Notes under the pieces: generated by a model
What the model was told of the DNA's origin: nothing
Database searches by the model: none
What the model saw: only the letters and a program-made list of their open reading frames with translations
Made by a program: the position numbers and the translations under genes
Part shown: positions 43,335 through 53,383 of the stretch, piece by piece
Layout of the letters: each line of letters begins with the position of its first letter
How positions within the stretch are numbered: position 1 is the first letter of the stretch
Assembly (NCBI GenBank): GCA_019704295.1
Contig: AP024596.1
Location: forward strand, 896,001 to 960,000
DNA length: 64,000 nucleotides
Direction of reading: 5' to 3'
Origin: Sulfolobales archaeon HS-7
GTDB lineage: Archaea; Thermoproteota; Thermoprotei_A; Sulfolobales; Sulfolobaceae

Positions 43335-45908
43335 ATGAGCTTGCGTCAAGAAACTGATCTATCACATGATCTAAGACATAATCCGGAAATCGTCGAGGTG
43401 TCTAACTCCCTACTAGTTGTAAGGAATAGTAACAGCATCATTGATAAGATTCCTATCTCTGATATTCAAGCCGTATACGTAGAAGAAGGAATAGGAATAG
43501 ATAAACTAATCGTTAAAACTAAAACGGGGGAGGAAATAGAATTAGTATATTTCACTAAATCAAAAACCGAAGATTTCAGGAAATTTGCGTTAAGTGTTGA
43601 GGGAATAATCTCTTCCGAAAATAAATCAATTAATATTATATCCCAAAAATCGAATGACAGGAAATCTACGATAATATGGCTTATGAACTTCATGAAAAAC
43701 TATAGGAAAAATATAGCAATTGGTGTAATTCTTTCAATATTTATAACACTTCTCAATTTGATTCCTCCTTATTTACTAAAAATTCTTATCGATTCTGTTC
43801 TTTTGTCAAAAAGTTCTAATGAAGGTCTTTTCGAGGAACTCACATTTATTCTTATTAGCTCCTATTCTGCATTAGCTGTGGCTAACGTTTTCCAAAACTT
43901 TGTTTTAAATACAGTTGGGCAGAGAATAGTAAACGATCTGAGGGCAAAACTATTTGAACACGTCATAAGGCAGTCATCGGGTTTCATTGATAAGATATCG
44001 ACTGGAAGGATTGTATCTAGATTAACTAGTGATGTTGGAAATACACAATGGTTAATGGTATGGGGACTTCCCACACTTATAGTTAACTTCCTTACGTTAA
44101 TAGGTATAGGCGTTATATTATTTACGATGGACGTGTTCCTTGCAATATACGTCATCATTCCAGCACCATTAATCGCCTATTTATTAGTTAGATATAGAAG
44201 GCGTTCGCATAAGGTATATCATAAAAACTGGAGGAGAAATTCGGATGTAGTATCTACTTTTTCGGACGTAATTCCGAACTATTTAGTTGTTAAATCCTTT
44301 GCGAAGGAGGATTTTGAAAAGGAAAGATTTGACGACCTAGTTAACAGATTATATGAGTCTCAACGTGAGGTGGTAACGATGAATATATCATATTGGCCAC
44401 TCATCGGATTCATTACATCGCTTGCTACTGTGGCAATATGGTGGATAGGAGGACACCAAGTTCTGACAGGAGTAATTCAGATAGGCGTAATAACCGCATT
44501 TATTTCATATCTGGCGCAGTTTTATAATCCGATAAACAACCTTAGCAATGTTATCCCCTTTATTCAACAGGCTATTACCTCGGGGGAGAGAATAAGAGAA
44601 ATCCTTGAGAGCGAAAATCCCATAAAAGATCCTGAAAATCCTAAACACGTCTCGTTCAAATCTGAGATTAGATTCAAAGATGTGTGGTTCGGATACGATC
44701 CATTCATACCCGTAATAAAAGGAATCAACCTATCTATACAGCCTGGGCAGAAGATTGCTTTTGTAGGAAAGAGTGGTTCAGGAAAAACCACTGTGGCTAA
44801 GTTGTTATTGAGACTATATGATGTTAACAATGGAAAGATAACTATCGGGGGTGTAGACTTAAAGGAGATTAGCTTACAGGATATAAGAAGTAAAATAGGT
44901 TACGTTCCTCAAGAAAGCGTACTTTTTGACAATACAGTATATTATAATATATCATATGGTGCAAATAGAAGTATTGAACGCTGGGAAATAATAGCAGCTG
45001 CATTAGCTGCTAGGATACACGAAGAGATAATGGGACTTCCCCTTGCTTATGATACTAATCTAGGAGAAAGGGGGAACTTCTTGTCAGGAGGACAAAAACA
45101 GAGGATCTCTATAGCTCGAGCTATTCTTAAGCAGCCAGAGATAGTAATTTTTGATGAGGCAACATCTAATTTAGACGTTACTAATGAAAGAGAAATCTAT
45201 AACGCGATAATGAATTTGTCACGCGGAAGAACTGCTATTTTTGTTACGCATAATGTTCATGAGGTAGTAAATTGCGATAAAGTTGTAGTAATGAAGGATG
45301 GAAAAATTATTGAGGAAGGTGGTCCATTTGAACTTTACGAAAAAAAGGGCGCATTTTATGCTATGTTTAAGGATCAAATCGAACTTGAGGGATTCAAAAA
45401 GATCAAGGAAGGTAAAGAGGAGTCGCTATTTGATTACGTTAAAAACTACATTATTGATAAGGTAAGCGTTAAGAGGGCTGATAGACCTAGTCGTTTAATT
45501 GTTAGCATAAATGGCATAACTTATTCTGATGTTATACCAAGACTTCCGTTCCCAATAACCGATCCAGAATTTGTAATTCTGTATGATAAAGAGGGTAAAA
45601 TGATAGGCCTGCTTACTTCACTGGATAAAGTGGTTGACGGTAGAGAAATTATGGAGAGAGCTATACGTCTAAATAACCTTATAGTAAACGTCTCTAAGGT
45701 AAAGGATATAATTATTACTGGGGACGAGTTGAAGTGGAATTTAGAGACTATAGAGGGGGACAGTATTAATGTAACTACCAAGGGGAGAAGGAATATAATG
45801 TTCGTAGATAGTAAACTGATTTTAATTGATACTCATGATAACTTATATAAGATAGAACTAAAGAAAATTGATGCAAAGAGTAAATCGGTTATACAACAAG
45901 TACTTTAA
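43335..45908 (+). CDS. ABC exporter (TMD+NBD) with N-terminal PH-like and C-terminal DUF1854-like domains
   Basis: 6-TM domain, GKSGSGKT, LSGGQKQR, IFDEAT; C-terminal PRLPFPITDP..I.LYDKEG...W.LET..G...LIDTHDNLY.I. Confidence 0.88.
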   Translation: MSLRQETDLSHDLRHNPEIVEVSNSLLVVRNSNSIIDKIPISDIQAVYVEEGIGIDKLIVKTKTGEEIELVYFTKSKTEDFRKFALSVEGIISSENKSINIISQKSNDRKSTIIWLMNFMKNYRKNIAIGVILSIFITLLNLIPPYLLKILIDSVLLSKSSNEGLFEELTFILISSYSALAVANVFQNFVLNTVGQRIVNDLRAKLFEHVIRQSSGFIDKISTGRIVSRLTSDVGNTQWLMVWGLPTLIVNFLTLIGIGVILFTMDVFLAIYVIIPAPLIAYLLVRYRRRSHKVYHKNWRRNSDVVSTFSDVIPNYLVVKSFAKEDFEKERFDDLVNRLYESQREVVTMNISYWPLIGFITSLATVAIWWIGGHQVLTGVIQIGVITAFISYLAQFYNPINNLSNVIPFIQQAITSGERIREILESENPIKDPENPKHVSFKSEIRFKDVWFGYDPFIPVIKGINLSIQPGQKIAFVGKSGSGKTTVAKLLLRLYDVNNGKITIGGVDLKEISLQDIRSKIGYVPQESVLFDNTVYYNISYGANRSIERWEIIAAALAARIHEEIMGLPLAYDTNLGERGNFLSGGQKQRISIARAILKQPEIVIFDEATSNLDVTNEREIYNAIMNLSRGRTAIFVTHNVHEVVNCDKVVVMKDGKIIEEGGPFELYEKKGAFYAMFKDQIELEGFKKIKEGKEESLFDYVKNYIIDKVSVKRADRPSRLIVSINGITYSDVIPRLPFPITDPEFVILYDKEGKMIGLLTSLDKVVDGREIMERAIRLNNLIVNVSKVKDIIITGDELKWNLETIEGDSINVTTKGRRNIMFVDSKLILIDTHDNLYKIELKKIDAKSKSVIQQVL

Positions 45909-46708
45909 TATTCAGCTAGGGTTCCTCTTTTTCTTGCAAGTTTGAATGCATAACTATAGCTACTAACACCAATTATAATGTAAACAATAGCTAATAACGA
46001 AAGTCTCTCAATGTACGGCAATACTTGTGATAAAGACGCGTTTGCTAGCATAGTTTCCCTAAGACCAAGTAAACCCCATGTTAAAGGTATGACATAACTA
46101 ATATACCTTACCGCTAAGGGAAGAACAGAAATGGGAAATAATGTCCCTGCAATTAAAGATGTAAATGTCGAGAAGAAGATAGACACTGGGTTGCCCTGTT
46201 TTGTTATCATTGTTACCGCTCCAGCCATCATTGATATTCCAAGGGTAGATGCCATAAGAACTACGACTAGAAGTATTGTAGCTATCCAGTTAATGGCATA
46301 CCTTACTCCTAATAAATATCCTACTGTAAGGATAACTACAGCACTTAGTGAATTTAATGTAAAGCCCCATACTGCAGAATACACAAGGAATCCAGATACG
46401 CCAGTCTTTGCAATTACATAATATTCAATAGTACCATATAATTGCTCATTTCTTAACCTTTGACTTATCGTGGAAATTATCGAAGAAACATATCCTTGAA
46501 ACGCTAATCCTATCACGAAGAAGGCAGTATAATTAGTTACTCCGATACTAGTAACTATTCTATTTCCTAAAGACGTTCCTACAAAGAAGTAAGTAAATAC
46601 TGGAATTATCCATGAGATTACTGTAAGTACTACATTAGTCCTATATGTTAACCATACTCTGAAGCCACGAAGGTAAATAAATGCGTAAACTTTATCTAGA
46701 ATCCCCAT
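45905..46708 (-). CDS. ABC-2 type transporter permease
   Basis: 6 TM, EQLYGTIE, GTLFPISVLP, IPLTWG. Confidence 0.9.
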   Translation of the reverse strand: MGILDKVYAFIYLRGFRVWLTYRTNVVLTVISWIIPVFTYFFVGTSLGNRIVTSIGVTNYTAFFVIGLAFQGYVSSIISTISQRLRNEQLYGTIEYYVIAKTGVSGFLVYSAVWGFTLNSLSAVVILTVGYLLGVRYAINWIATILLVVVLMASTLGISMMAGAVTMITKQGNPVSIFFSTFTSLIAGTLFPISVLPLAVRYISYVIPLTWGLLGLRETMLANASLSQVLPYIERLSLLAIVYIIIGVSSYSYAFKLARKRGTLAEY

Positions 46709-47619
46709 CTTCTGCCACCGCGACCTCTTTCAATTTCCCACCTAGGCTGATTAATGGTATCTAATGCGTGAACGTAAAAGTCCTCTAAAGTGGCCTGCTC
46801 CTCTTTAATTATTTCTCCTTCTACCTGGCCGACTATTCTTTTCGGAACTCTTACTACGTATTCTCTCTCATTACTGGAAATAACGTATTTCTCGTAGCCC
46901 TTTGGTACCTCTTTAATCCTCAATTCCATCACAGTACCTAAGGAATTTACCAATTCTTTAGGACTTCCTTGGGTAACGATTTTCCCTGAACTAATTACCA
47001 TGATGTTATTCGAAAGTTCCTCTACATCTCGCATATTATGGGAGGTCATTAAAATGGATTTATTTCGTGATAGGTATCTTATTGTCTCACGAAACGAGCG
47101 TGAGGATACGGGATCTAACCCTAACGTTGGCTCGTCTAGCAAAATAACTGGCGGATCTGTTAGTAGTGCTCTAGCTAGGGCCAATTTTCGTTGCATTCCT
47201 GTACTATATTTCATATATGGTACGTTGATCCAATCGCCTAATCCTACCATTTCCATTAGGTCCTTCCCCCTTTCTCTTGCTTCACTTATTGATAAGCCGT
47301 CTAATATCCCGTAGAAGATTAGGTTTTCTAAACCTGTTAATCTGAAATAAAAGAGTCTATCGCTTACTGTAACTAATCCTATGGACTCCCTGACTTTCTT
47401 CTCATCGCTTATCACACTATACCCGTTTACGTAAGCCTCTCCCTTGGTAGGTATGATCAGCGTTGAGAGAATTTTTATGAGAGTAGTTTTGCCAGCTCCA
47501 TTTGGACCTACTATTGATGTAACACCGCCCTTTACAGAGAACGTAATACCCTTTAGTGCTTCAATAGTCCTCCCCTTTATTTTATATATTTTTTGTACAT
47601 CTCTGCATTCTACACTCAT
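46696..47619 (-). CDS. ABC transporter ATP-binding protein
   Basis: GPNGAGKTT, YSTGMQRK, LLDEPT, TSH; start set to ATG 47619. Confidence 0.95.
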   Translation of the reverse strand: MSVECRDVQKIYKIKGRTIEALKGITFSVKGGVTSIVGPNGAGKTTLIKILSTLIIPTKGEAYVNGYSVISDEKKVRESIGLVTVSDRLFYFRLTGLENLIFYGILDGLSISEARERGKDLMEMVGLGDWINVPYMKYSTGMQRKLALARALLTDPPVILLDEPTLGLDPVSSRSFRETIRYLSRNKSILMTSHNMRDVEELSNNIMVISSGKIVTQGSPKELVNSLGTVMELRIKEVPKGYEKYVISSNEREYVVRVPKRIVGQVEGEIIKEEQATLEDFYVHALDTINQPRWEIERGRGGRRWGF

Positions 47620-47666
47620 ATTGATAGGTATCATTGTTATCGGATAAAAGCTTTAACTTAGGCGAT

Positions 47667-48287
47667 TAAGTTGCGGAAGTCCCGTGAGCGATGAGTAGTC
47701 CCTTAATGTTTTCACCTTCATCGGTGTTTTGAGTAATAAACTATATAGGTTCAAAGGGGGCGGAAGATCCGTGAGGGTGGGGATGGATAGCCCCTTTTGT
47801 ATAAGTTAAATAACGGTTCGCAGGCTAATACATCAATAATAGTCACCAATAAAGTAAGCGTCACCGAGACAACTAAGCGAGGATCGATGTGGTACGCTTC
47901 TGCTCCAATTACAGTTCCATAGAGGACATTAACGTTAAGTTTACTCTGGGGTAGGTATGGCCCTCAGTGCCTGCGGAACTACGACCTCTACCACTGGCAA
48001 GGTGAGGTATGAAGTGGGAACCCCCTTTTGTCGAGAAGGAGTGCGTTCTCATAGTAAAAAACCGTAATATCCCTTAGACCTAGACTCTAAGGGCTGGGCC
48101 AAATATCGTAGGTGCTGGAGAAACGCCTATGGAGATAGGACCCTCAGTAACCCCTTTTCCGCACGATGAATTAGAGAGGGGTTAGATGGAACCTGCATGG
48201 TAACTGGAGGATCGAGGTTTCTCTGAGAAGCATAAACTCTACATCACAGCGCAGAAACGCTGAGCCCGTGAGGATGAAGTAATTCGC
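47667..48287 (+). mobile_element. nested non-autonomous IS200/IS605-family remnants (left end, left end, right end, right end)
   Basis: Left-end-like GCGGAAG.CC.GTGAG...GATGGATAGCCCC at ~47667 and ~47752; tnpB 3'/right-end-like GTGCCTGCGGA..CCTCTACC..GGCAAG..ATGAAG.GGGAACCCC at 47945-48051; second right-end module at 48089-48287; no transposase ORF. Confidence 0.65.
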
Positions 48288-48453
48288 TACGGTTTTGGTT
48301 AGACACGATTGAAGAAACTAGAAAAATGTAACATTATGAACCAGGGTTACAAGTGAAATAACATATTAGAACAGAAACTAATTTGAAGTACTGTTTTTAC
48401 TTCCGCGAACTAGTATGAAGCTTTAATTGAAAAGTTATGTTCTATTTTTCAAC

Positions 48454-48918
48454 CTAATAATCTTCTAACGTTGTAAACTTTCGCATATACCAAACTATTG
48501 GTTTTCCTTTTCTAACTATACTAGAATTTATTACTTTACCAATAATAATCGAATGATCCGCTATATCTACTGTTTTCTCCATTATGGCCTCTATGAATGC
48601 ATAACTATTTTCTAGAACTGGGACTCCGTTCTGAGTTATTTCCCACTTAACGCTTGAGAACCTTTTATCTAAGCCACTGAAGGCGAAGACTTCGAGAACC
48701 TTTTCATCATCGATAAAATTTACACAGAAACGTTCAGCGTCCTTAAACGGAATGTCATTGCCTTTACTTTTATCGGCCAAAAAGGTTACAAGTTCCGGTT
48801 CTAAGGAAATAGAATTGAATGTATTGGCTGTCATTCCAAACGGTTTTCCATTATCCATTGTAGTAATTATAACTACGCCCATGGGTAGAAGTCTCATGAC
48901 CTCCCTAAGATTAACCAT
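48454..48918 (-). CDS. flavin reductase (HpaC/DIM6-NTAB family)
   Basis: LREVM..LPMGV.IITT, GMTANTFNSISLEP, ADHSIIIG.V. Confidence 0.9.
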   Translation of the reverse strand: MVNLREVMRLLPMGVVIITTMDNGKPFGMTANTFNSISLEPELVTFLADKSKGNDIPFKDAERFCVNFIDDEKVLEVFAFSGLDKRFSSVKWEITQNGVPVLENSYAFIEAIMEKTVDIADHSIIIGKVINSSIVRKGKPIVWYMRKFTTLEDY

Positions 48919-49035
48919 AATAATCCATTAACGTACCTAGGTTAAAATATATCTATTGTAACACCTAATATTTAATAACAGTGATTAGGAGGCAGAAGTT
49001 CCGCTAAGGTATCTTACGCTTTAATCTATTGGGAG

Positions 49036-49514
49036 TTAAGGGGGCGAAAATCCCCTTCAGTGAGCAAGTGGATGTATAGCCCCGGGTCGTTCACATGTTC
49101 ATTGCGAATTCAGTTTATTTAGAAAAATAAAATGGATTTAATTGAATCCGATCGTATGGACTAGGTGGAGATTCACCCTCTACAATTTCCTTTATTTAAT
49201 CCCTATTTGGAATAATTATGATTCGTATTGGAAATCTGAATCGCCCATAGTCCCCCTATAGAAACGTTTTCATACCTCTTTGTAAAATTTTTGGACTCTG
49301 GCTTTAAGATCTGAATCAGTACCCTCTGGACTGGGGAAACTTAAGCTTGTGGAGAGAAAACCCTCAATAACCTCTCTTCCACACTGGTATCACATAACGG
49401 TTCCAAAAAATGGAACCTCTGCTATGGGTGAATGAGGATCGAGGTTTCTCTGAGAAGCAGAGAATCTCCATCGGGATGCGGAGATGCCATGTTTGTGAGG
49501 ACGGGATAGTTCAC
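49036..49514 (+). mobile_element. non-autonomous IS200/IS605-family element
   Basis: TTAA-GGGGGCGAAAATCCCC...GGATGTATAGCCCC left end; structured right end ending GATAGTTCAC; a 26-nt block is identical to 48207-48232. Confidence 0.6.
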
Positions 49515-49818
49515 AATGGCAGCGACTGATGGAGTCACCGAGACGTCTAAGCGTTGGTACTTATGTTACGATCTTTTGTTGATTAGCAGTACTGCGTGGA
49601 ATATTATGAACGTGGAACTGAATACAGGTATGTCCGTAGCACAGGTGAGGCCCTTAAGCATGGTAAGGAGTCAGGAAAACCTATTCGTAGGGTAGTGAGC
49701 TTAATGCAAACTTCAGGAAATACTCGTATTTTTGTATTTATTTGGAAAAAGCATAGAAAAGGTATACATTCACGACATCAATCACAGACGTGTTGATCGG
49801 CTTCGGAGAATACCGATT

Positions 49819-51147
49819 TTAACTTTGAGTTATTTTCTTTATCACACCACCTTTAACTAGTCTTTCCATGTCTAGTATTTTGTTAATTTGGTCTTCGCTG
49901 AAGTTCAATTCCCTTAGTGAATCTCTTATACTAACTCCCTTAGCTACTTTTCTTCCGATCTCTGAAGCTTTATCATATCCTATTGTTGGGGAAAGAATAG
50001 TTATGAGTGATGGGCTGCTCTCTGCATATTTAATACATCTTTCTTTATTAGGAACTATTCCACTTAACACGACACTAGATAACTTGTTGAGTACCTGGGA
50101 TAATATTTCAATCTGGCTAATTATATTATATCCCATAACTGGAATACCCATTGATAATTCAAATTCACCATACATAGATAATATTTGATTAGCGTGATCC
50201 AGTCCTATAACTTCTGCAACACCTTGCATTGCCGACTCCACTGTTACCGGGTTAGTTTTCCCAGGCATTATTGAAGAACCAGCAATTTCCTCTTGCGACA
50301 TTATGTCAATTTCTCCTAGTCCAGTTATCGGTCCAGAGAACATTAGGCGAAGATCTTGAGAAAGTCTATACAACTCGACCGAAATTTGTCGCATAGTCGA
50401 AGAAAGTCCAAGTAAATCTGTCAGGAGTCGCATTCCCCTAAACTTGTTTCCCTCAATCAAATTCAATCCAGTGATAGCATTTAGTTCATCAATTATCTTT
50501 CTTGAAAACTCTGGCGGAGCATTGATTCCGGTTCCAACTGCAGTTCCCCCTATAGGAATCTCCCTAACGTACTCCAAGTGATTCCTAACTGTGCTAATAT
50601 CGTGAATTACTGCATCTAAATACGCTGAAAACTCATTACCCATAGTTATAGGCATGGCATCTCTCAGATGGGTTCTCCCCGCCTTATACACATCCTTTGT
50701 TTTCTCTACTACTTCCGAGAGCGAATCAGCAAAACTCTGCAGAGACGGAATTAGCTTGTTATTACTTTCCTTTAACGCTGCTATTCTTATAGCAGACGGA
50801 ACTACGTCATTCGAAGATTGGCTAACGTTTACATGATCGTTTGGATGTACCTTTTTCCCCAGTATCTTTGACGCTTCTTCTGCTATTATTTCGTTTATAT
50901 TCATATTAAGTCCTGTACCAGAACCAGTCTGGAATACGTCAACTACAACTCCTCCGTCATATGAACCGTTCATAACTTCTCTCGCAACTCTTTGAATGGC
51001 GTCACCGATCTCAGGTTCCAACACTCCTAATTCGACATTAACCTTCGCAGCTGCTAGTTTTATTGCCCCTATTGCCCATATTATTGTTCTTGGGAACCTA
51101 TAACCCGTTTCCAAGAAAACCCTTCTAGAAGCATCCGTATATTTCAT
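49819..51147 (-). CDS. fumC: class II fumarate hydratase
   Basis: [46 protein letters not shown]. Confidence 0.95.
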   Translation of the reverse strand: MKYTDASRRVFLETGYRFPRTIIWAIGAIKLAAAKVNVELGVLEPEIGDAIQRVAREVMNGSYDGGVVVDVFQTGSGTGLNMNINEIIAEEASKILGKKVHPNDHVNVSQSSNDVVPSAIRIAALKESNNKLIPSLQSFADSLSEVVEKTKDVYKAGRTHLRDAMPITMGNEFSAYLDAVIHDISTVRNHLEYVREIPIGGTAVGTGINAPPEFSRKIIDELNAITGLNLIEGNKFRGMRLLTDLLGLSSTMRQISVELYRLSQDLRLMFSGPITGLGEIDIMSQEEIAGSSIMPGKTNPVTVESAMQGVAEVIGLDHANQILSMYGEFELSMGIPVMGYNIISQIEILSQVLNKLSSVVLSGIVPNKERCIKYAESSPSLITILSPTIGYDKASEIGRKVAKGVSIRDSLRELNFSEDQINKILDMERLVKGGVIKKITQS

Positions 51148-51177
51148 ATCTACCTATATCAGCTAAAGGTTAAAGAT

Positions 51178-51495
51178 TTAATCAAACTCTTCCTGTATTT
51201 TAACTGTAGATCGTAATAAATTTTGAGGAAAAGGTATTGCAGTCTCTTTAGTAATTGTTATCCCATCCTTCACTAACTCCGCTACTCCCCTGATTAGATC
51301 ATCCTCAAGTGTAGAATACTGTAATTTTAGCTTAACCTTTTGCAAATCAGGATCGTCTGTTTTGTACCTTTCAGCCGATTCACTTATCCATTTGTTGTTA
51401 ACCTTCCTTATGAAAACAACGTCCTGTATATATCCTGGGATTTCATGGGGAATGCCTGCAATAAAAACGTCCTTATATCTATAGACCTGTACCAT
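51178..51495 (-). CDS. hypothetical protein
   Basis: 105 aa ORF co-oriented within the dsbA-fumC gene run. Confidence 0.75.
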   Translation of the reverse strand: MVQVYRYKDVFIAGIPHEIPGYIQDVVFIRKVNNKWISESAERYKTDDPDLQKVKLKLQYSTLEDDLIRGVAELVKDGITITKETAIPFPQNLLRSTVKIQEEFD

Positions 51496-51518
51496 AATAA
51501 GTTCTCAAACGTAATTCA

Positions 51519-52094
51519 CTAAAATTTCTTTCCTTGAATTACCCACCAGTTCTGACGAAATGAAATTTTTTCCAGCTTAAATAAACCCGCTATCATGGCT
51601 ATAACCTTTTCCAAGAAATTCTCCTCGACGTCTTCAACTAAGAAAAAGATGTGCCCACCTGATTTCAGCACCCTTCGAATCTCATACAGAAGATCTAAAT
51701 CTAGTAGGTTACCTAGTGTAACCTCATCAAATGAATTATCCCTTAAAGGAAGGTATAGAATTCCGTCTATTACATCTGTTTTAATATAAGGTAAAACTTC
51801 TGTAATGTAACCAAATACGATTAATGACTCGGTAAACGGAATTCCAATATGAAGTCTTTTTCCCCGTGGGGGAAAGTTTATAGTAGTTACTCTAATCTTT
51901 CCGGTTACAAAGTCGGCTATTTTTGATATGAATATTCTTTCTGTGTCTGAGAACTTTCCTACAGCGAGGATGAAATTTCCATTTAAAATAGATGCTATTT
52001 TTCTGTAAGACAGGCGTACTCCGATCCCATCAATTATCGCTGTATCTGCAGACGAAAGTGATGATGGGACGTTATTTTTAGTAAAAACAATCAT
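51519..52094 (-). CDS. methyltransferase-fold-like protein (degenerate motif I)
   Basis: LPLRDNSFDEV and EIRRVLKSGG; no glycine-rich SAM motif. Confidence 0.6.
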   Translation of the reverse strand: MIVFTKNNVPSSLSSADTAIIDGIGVRLSYRKIASILNGNFILAVGKFSDTERIFISKIADFVTGKIRVTTINFPPRGKRLHIGIPFTESLIVFGYITEVLPYIKTDVIDGILYLPLRDNSFDEVTLGNLLDLDLLYEIRRVLKSGGHIFFLVEDVEENFLEKVIAMIAGLFKLEKISFRQNWWVIQGKKF

Positions 52095-52765
52095 TTATAT
52101 TCCCAAAAAGCTTTCAGCTGAACTTTTTTAGGTTCGCCATTCTCGATCAGATCTGCGAATATTTCCCTAAATTTACTAACCTCTGGAACACCCTTAATTA
52201 ACCATTTATCATTAACTAAAATTGAAGGAACACCGTGTATTCCTAATGCGTGCGCCTCATCCTCATCGAGAACAACTGCGTAGTACGTCTCCTTTCTGTT
52301 AAACTCATTCATAAAAGTCTCCCTGTTATATCCTAATTCCTCTGCAATCGATGCGAGGAATTTCTCGTTTGTGATATCTCTTCCTCTCATGAAAAATTCA
52401 TCGCCAAGTCGTAGAAACATCTTTTCATGACCAGGTTGACCCTCAAACTTTTCTGCCACTTTACATGCCTTTAGAGCGGGAATTGACCAAACATACGAAA
52501 ACTCTCCCTTGTTAACAACTTCATCTGGATTATACTCAGGATAATATCCCTTTAATATTGCCATCTCTTTTTTAAAGAAATCTTTAGCGTCTTCTTCTGT
52601 AGGGGCCACTAACTTGAGGTCCTCCAGGGAAGAAATTATTGCAAAAGCTTTATGAATTACCTCTATATTTCCATCAAACTCCTTTAAAGCCTGCATGAGC
52701 CTTCTTGCAGTGACGTAGCAAAATGGGCAAATCACATCATGAAAGAAGGTTAGCTTCAGTTTCAT
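52091..52765 (-). CDS. DsbA/FrnE-like thiol oxidoreductase
   Basis: FFHDVICPFCY and GIHGVPS (cis-Pro loop); start set to ATG 52765. Confidence 0.9.
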   Translation of the reverse strand: MKLKLTFFHDVICPFCYVTARRLMQALKEFDGNIEVIHKAFAIISSLEDLKLVAPTEEDAKDFFKKEMAILKGYYPEYNPDEVVNKGEFSYVWSIPALKACKVAEKFEGQPGHEKMFLRLGDEFFMRGRDITNEKFLASIAEELGYNRETFMNEFNRKETYYAVVLDEDEAHALGIHGVPSILVNDKWLIKGVPEVSKFREIFADLIENGEPKKVQLKAFWEYK

Positions 52766-52903
52766 ATGACATTTTTTAATGCCCTTACTTAATAGATTAT
52801 CGGTAAGTGTAAAGCTTTCTTGCATTTGTTAACATATATAAAAATAACAATTTAATTATAGCATGGGGAAAGTTTTAAAGCCAATTACGATATATCTATA
52901 TAC

Positions 52904-53350
52904 ATGTTAAGGGAAGGAGATATCGCGCCTGATTTTGAGGGGATAACAGATAGCGGAGATAGGATAAGACTCTACTCGCTGTTAGAAAAGAGTCCTGTCG
53001 TCCTTTATTTTTATCCGAAGGATGATACTCCAGGATGTACGAAGGAGGCATGTACATTCAGAGATAATTGGGAACGAATATCACAATACGGCGCTACCGT
53101 GATCGGTGTAAGTTCTGATTCTGAGGAGTCGCATAAACAGTTTAAGCGAAAGTACGGCTTGCAGTTTATACTAATTTCTGACAAGAATTCAAAGATAAGG
53201 GAAATCTACGGTGTTAAGGGATTTATACTTCCACCTAGGGTAACATTTGTAATAAATAGTGATAAAAGAATAGTAAGAGTATTTAATTCTCAAACTAAAC
53301 CTGAAAGGCACGTTCAAATAGCGATAGAAACGTTAAAGGCAATGAAGTAA
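52904..53350 (+). CDS. bcp: peroxiredoxin Bcp/PrxQ
   Basis: YFYPKDDTPGCTKEAC.FRD. Confidence 0.95.
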   Translation: MLREGDIAPDFEGITDSGDRIRLYSLLEKSPVVLYFYPKDDTPGCTKEACTFRDNWERISQYGATVIGVSSDSEESHKQFKRKYGLQFILISDKNSKIREIYGVKGFILPPRVTFVINSDKRIVRVFNSQTKPERHVQIAIETLKAMK

Positions 53351-53383
53351 ATATTTTATTTAAGGTAGTAATGGGAACTAATC

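Noticed and set aside
47641-49560. Repeats considered as a CRISPR or TIGR-like array
   Set aside because: Not regularly spaced and no constant repeat-spacer unit; better explained as IS605 end modules
49596-49796. 66 aa ORF after the IS remnants
   Set aside because: No recognisable motif and lies in decayed mobile DNA; not supportable as a gene
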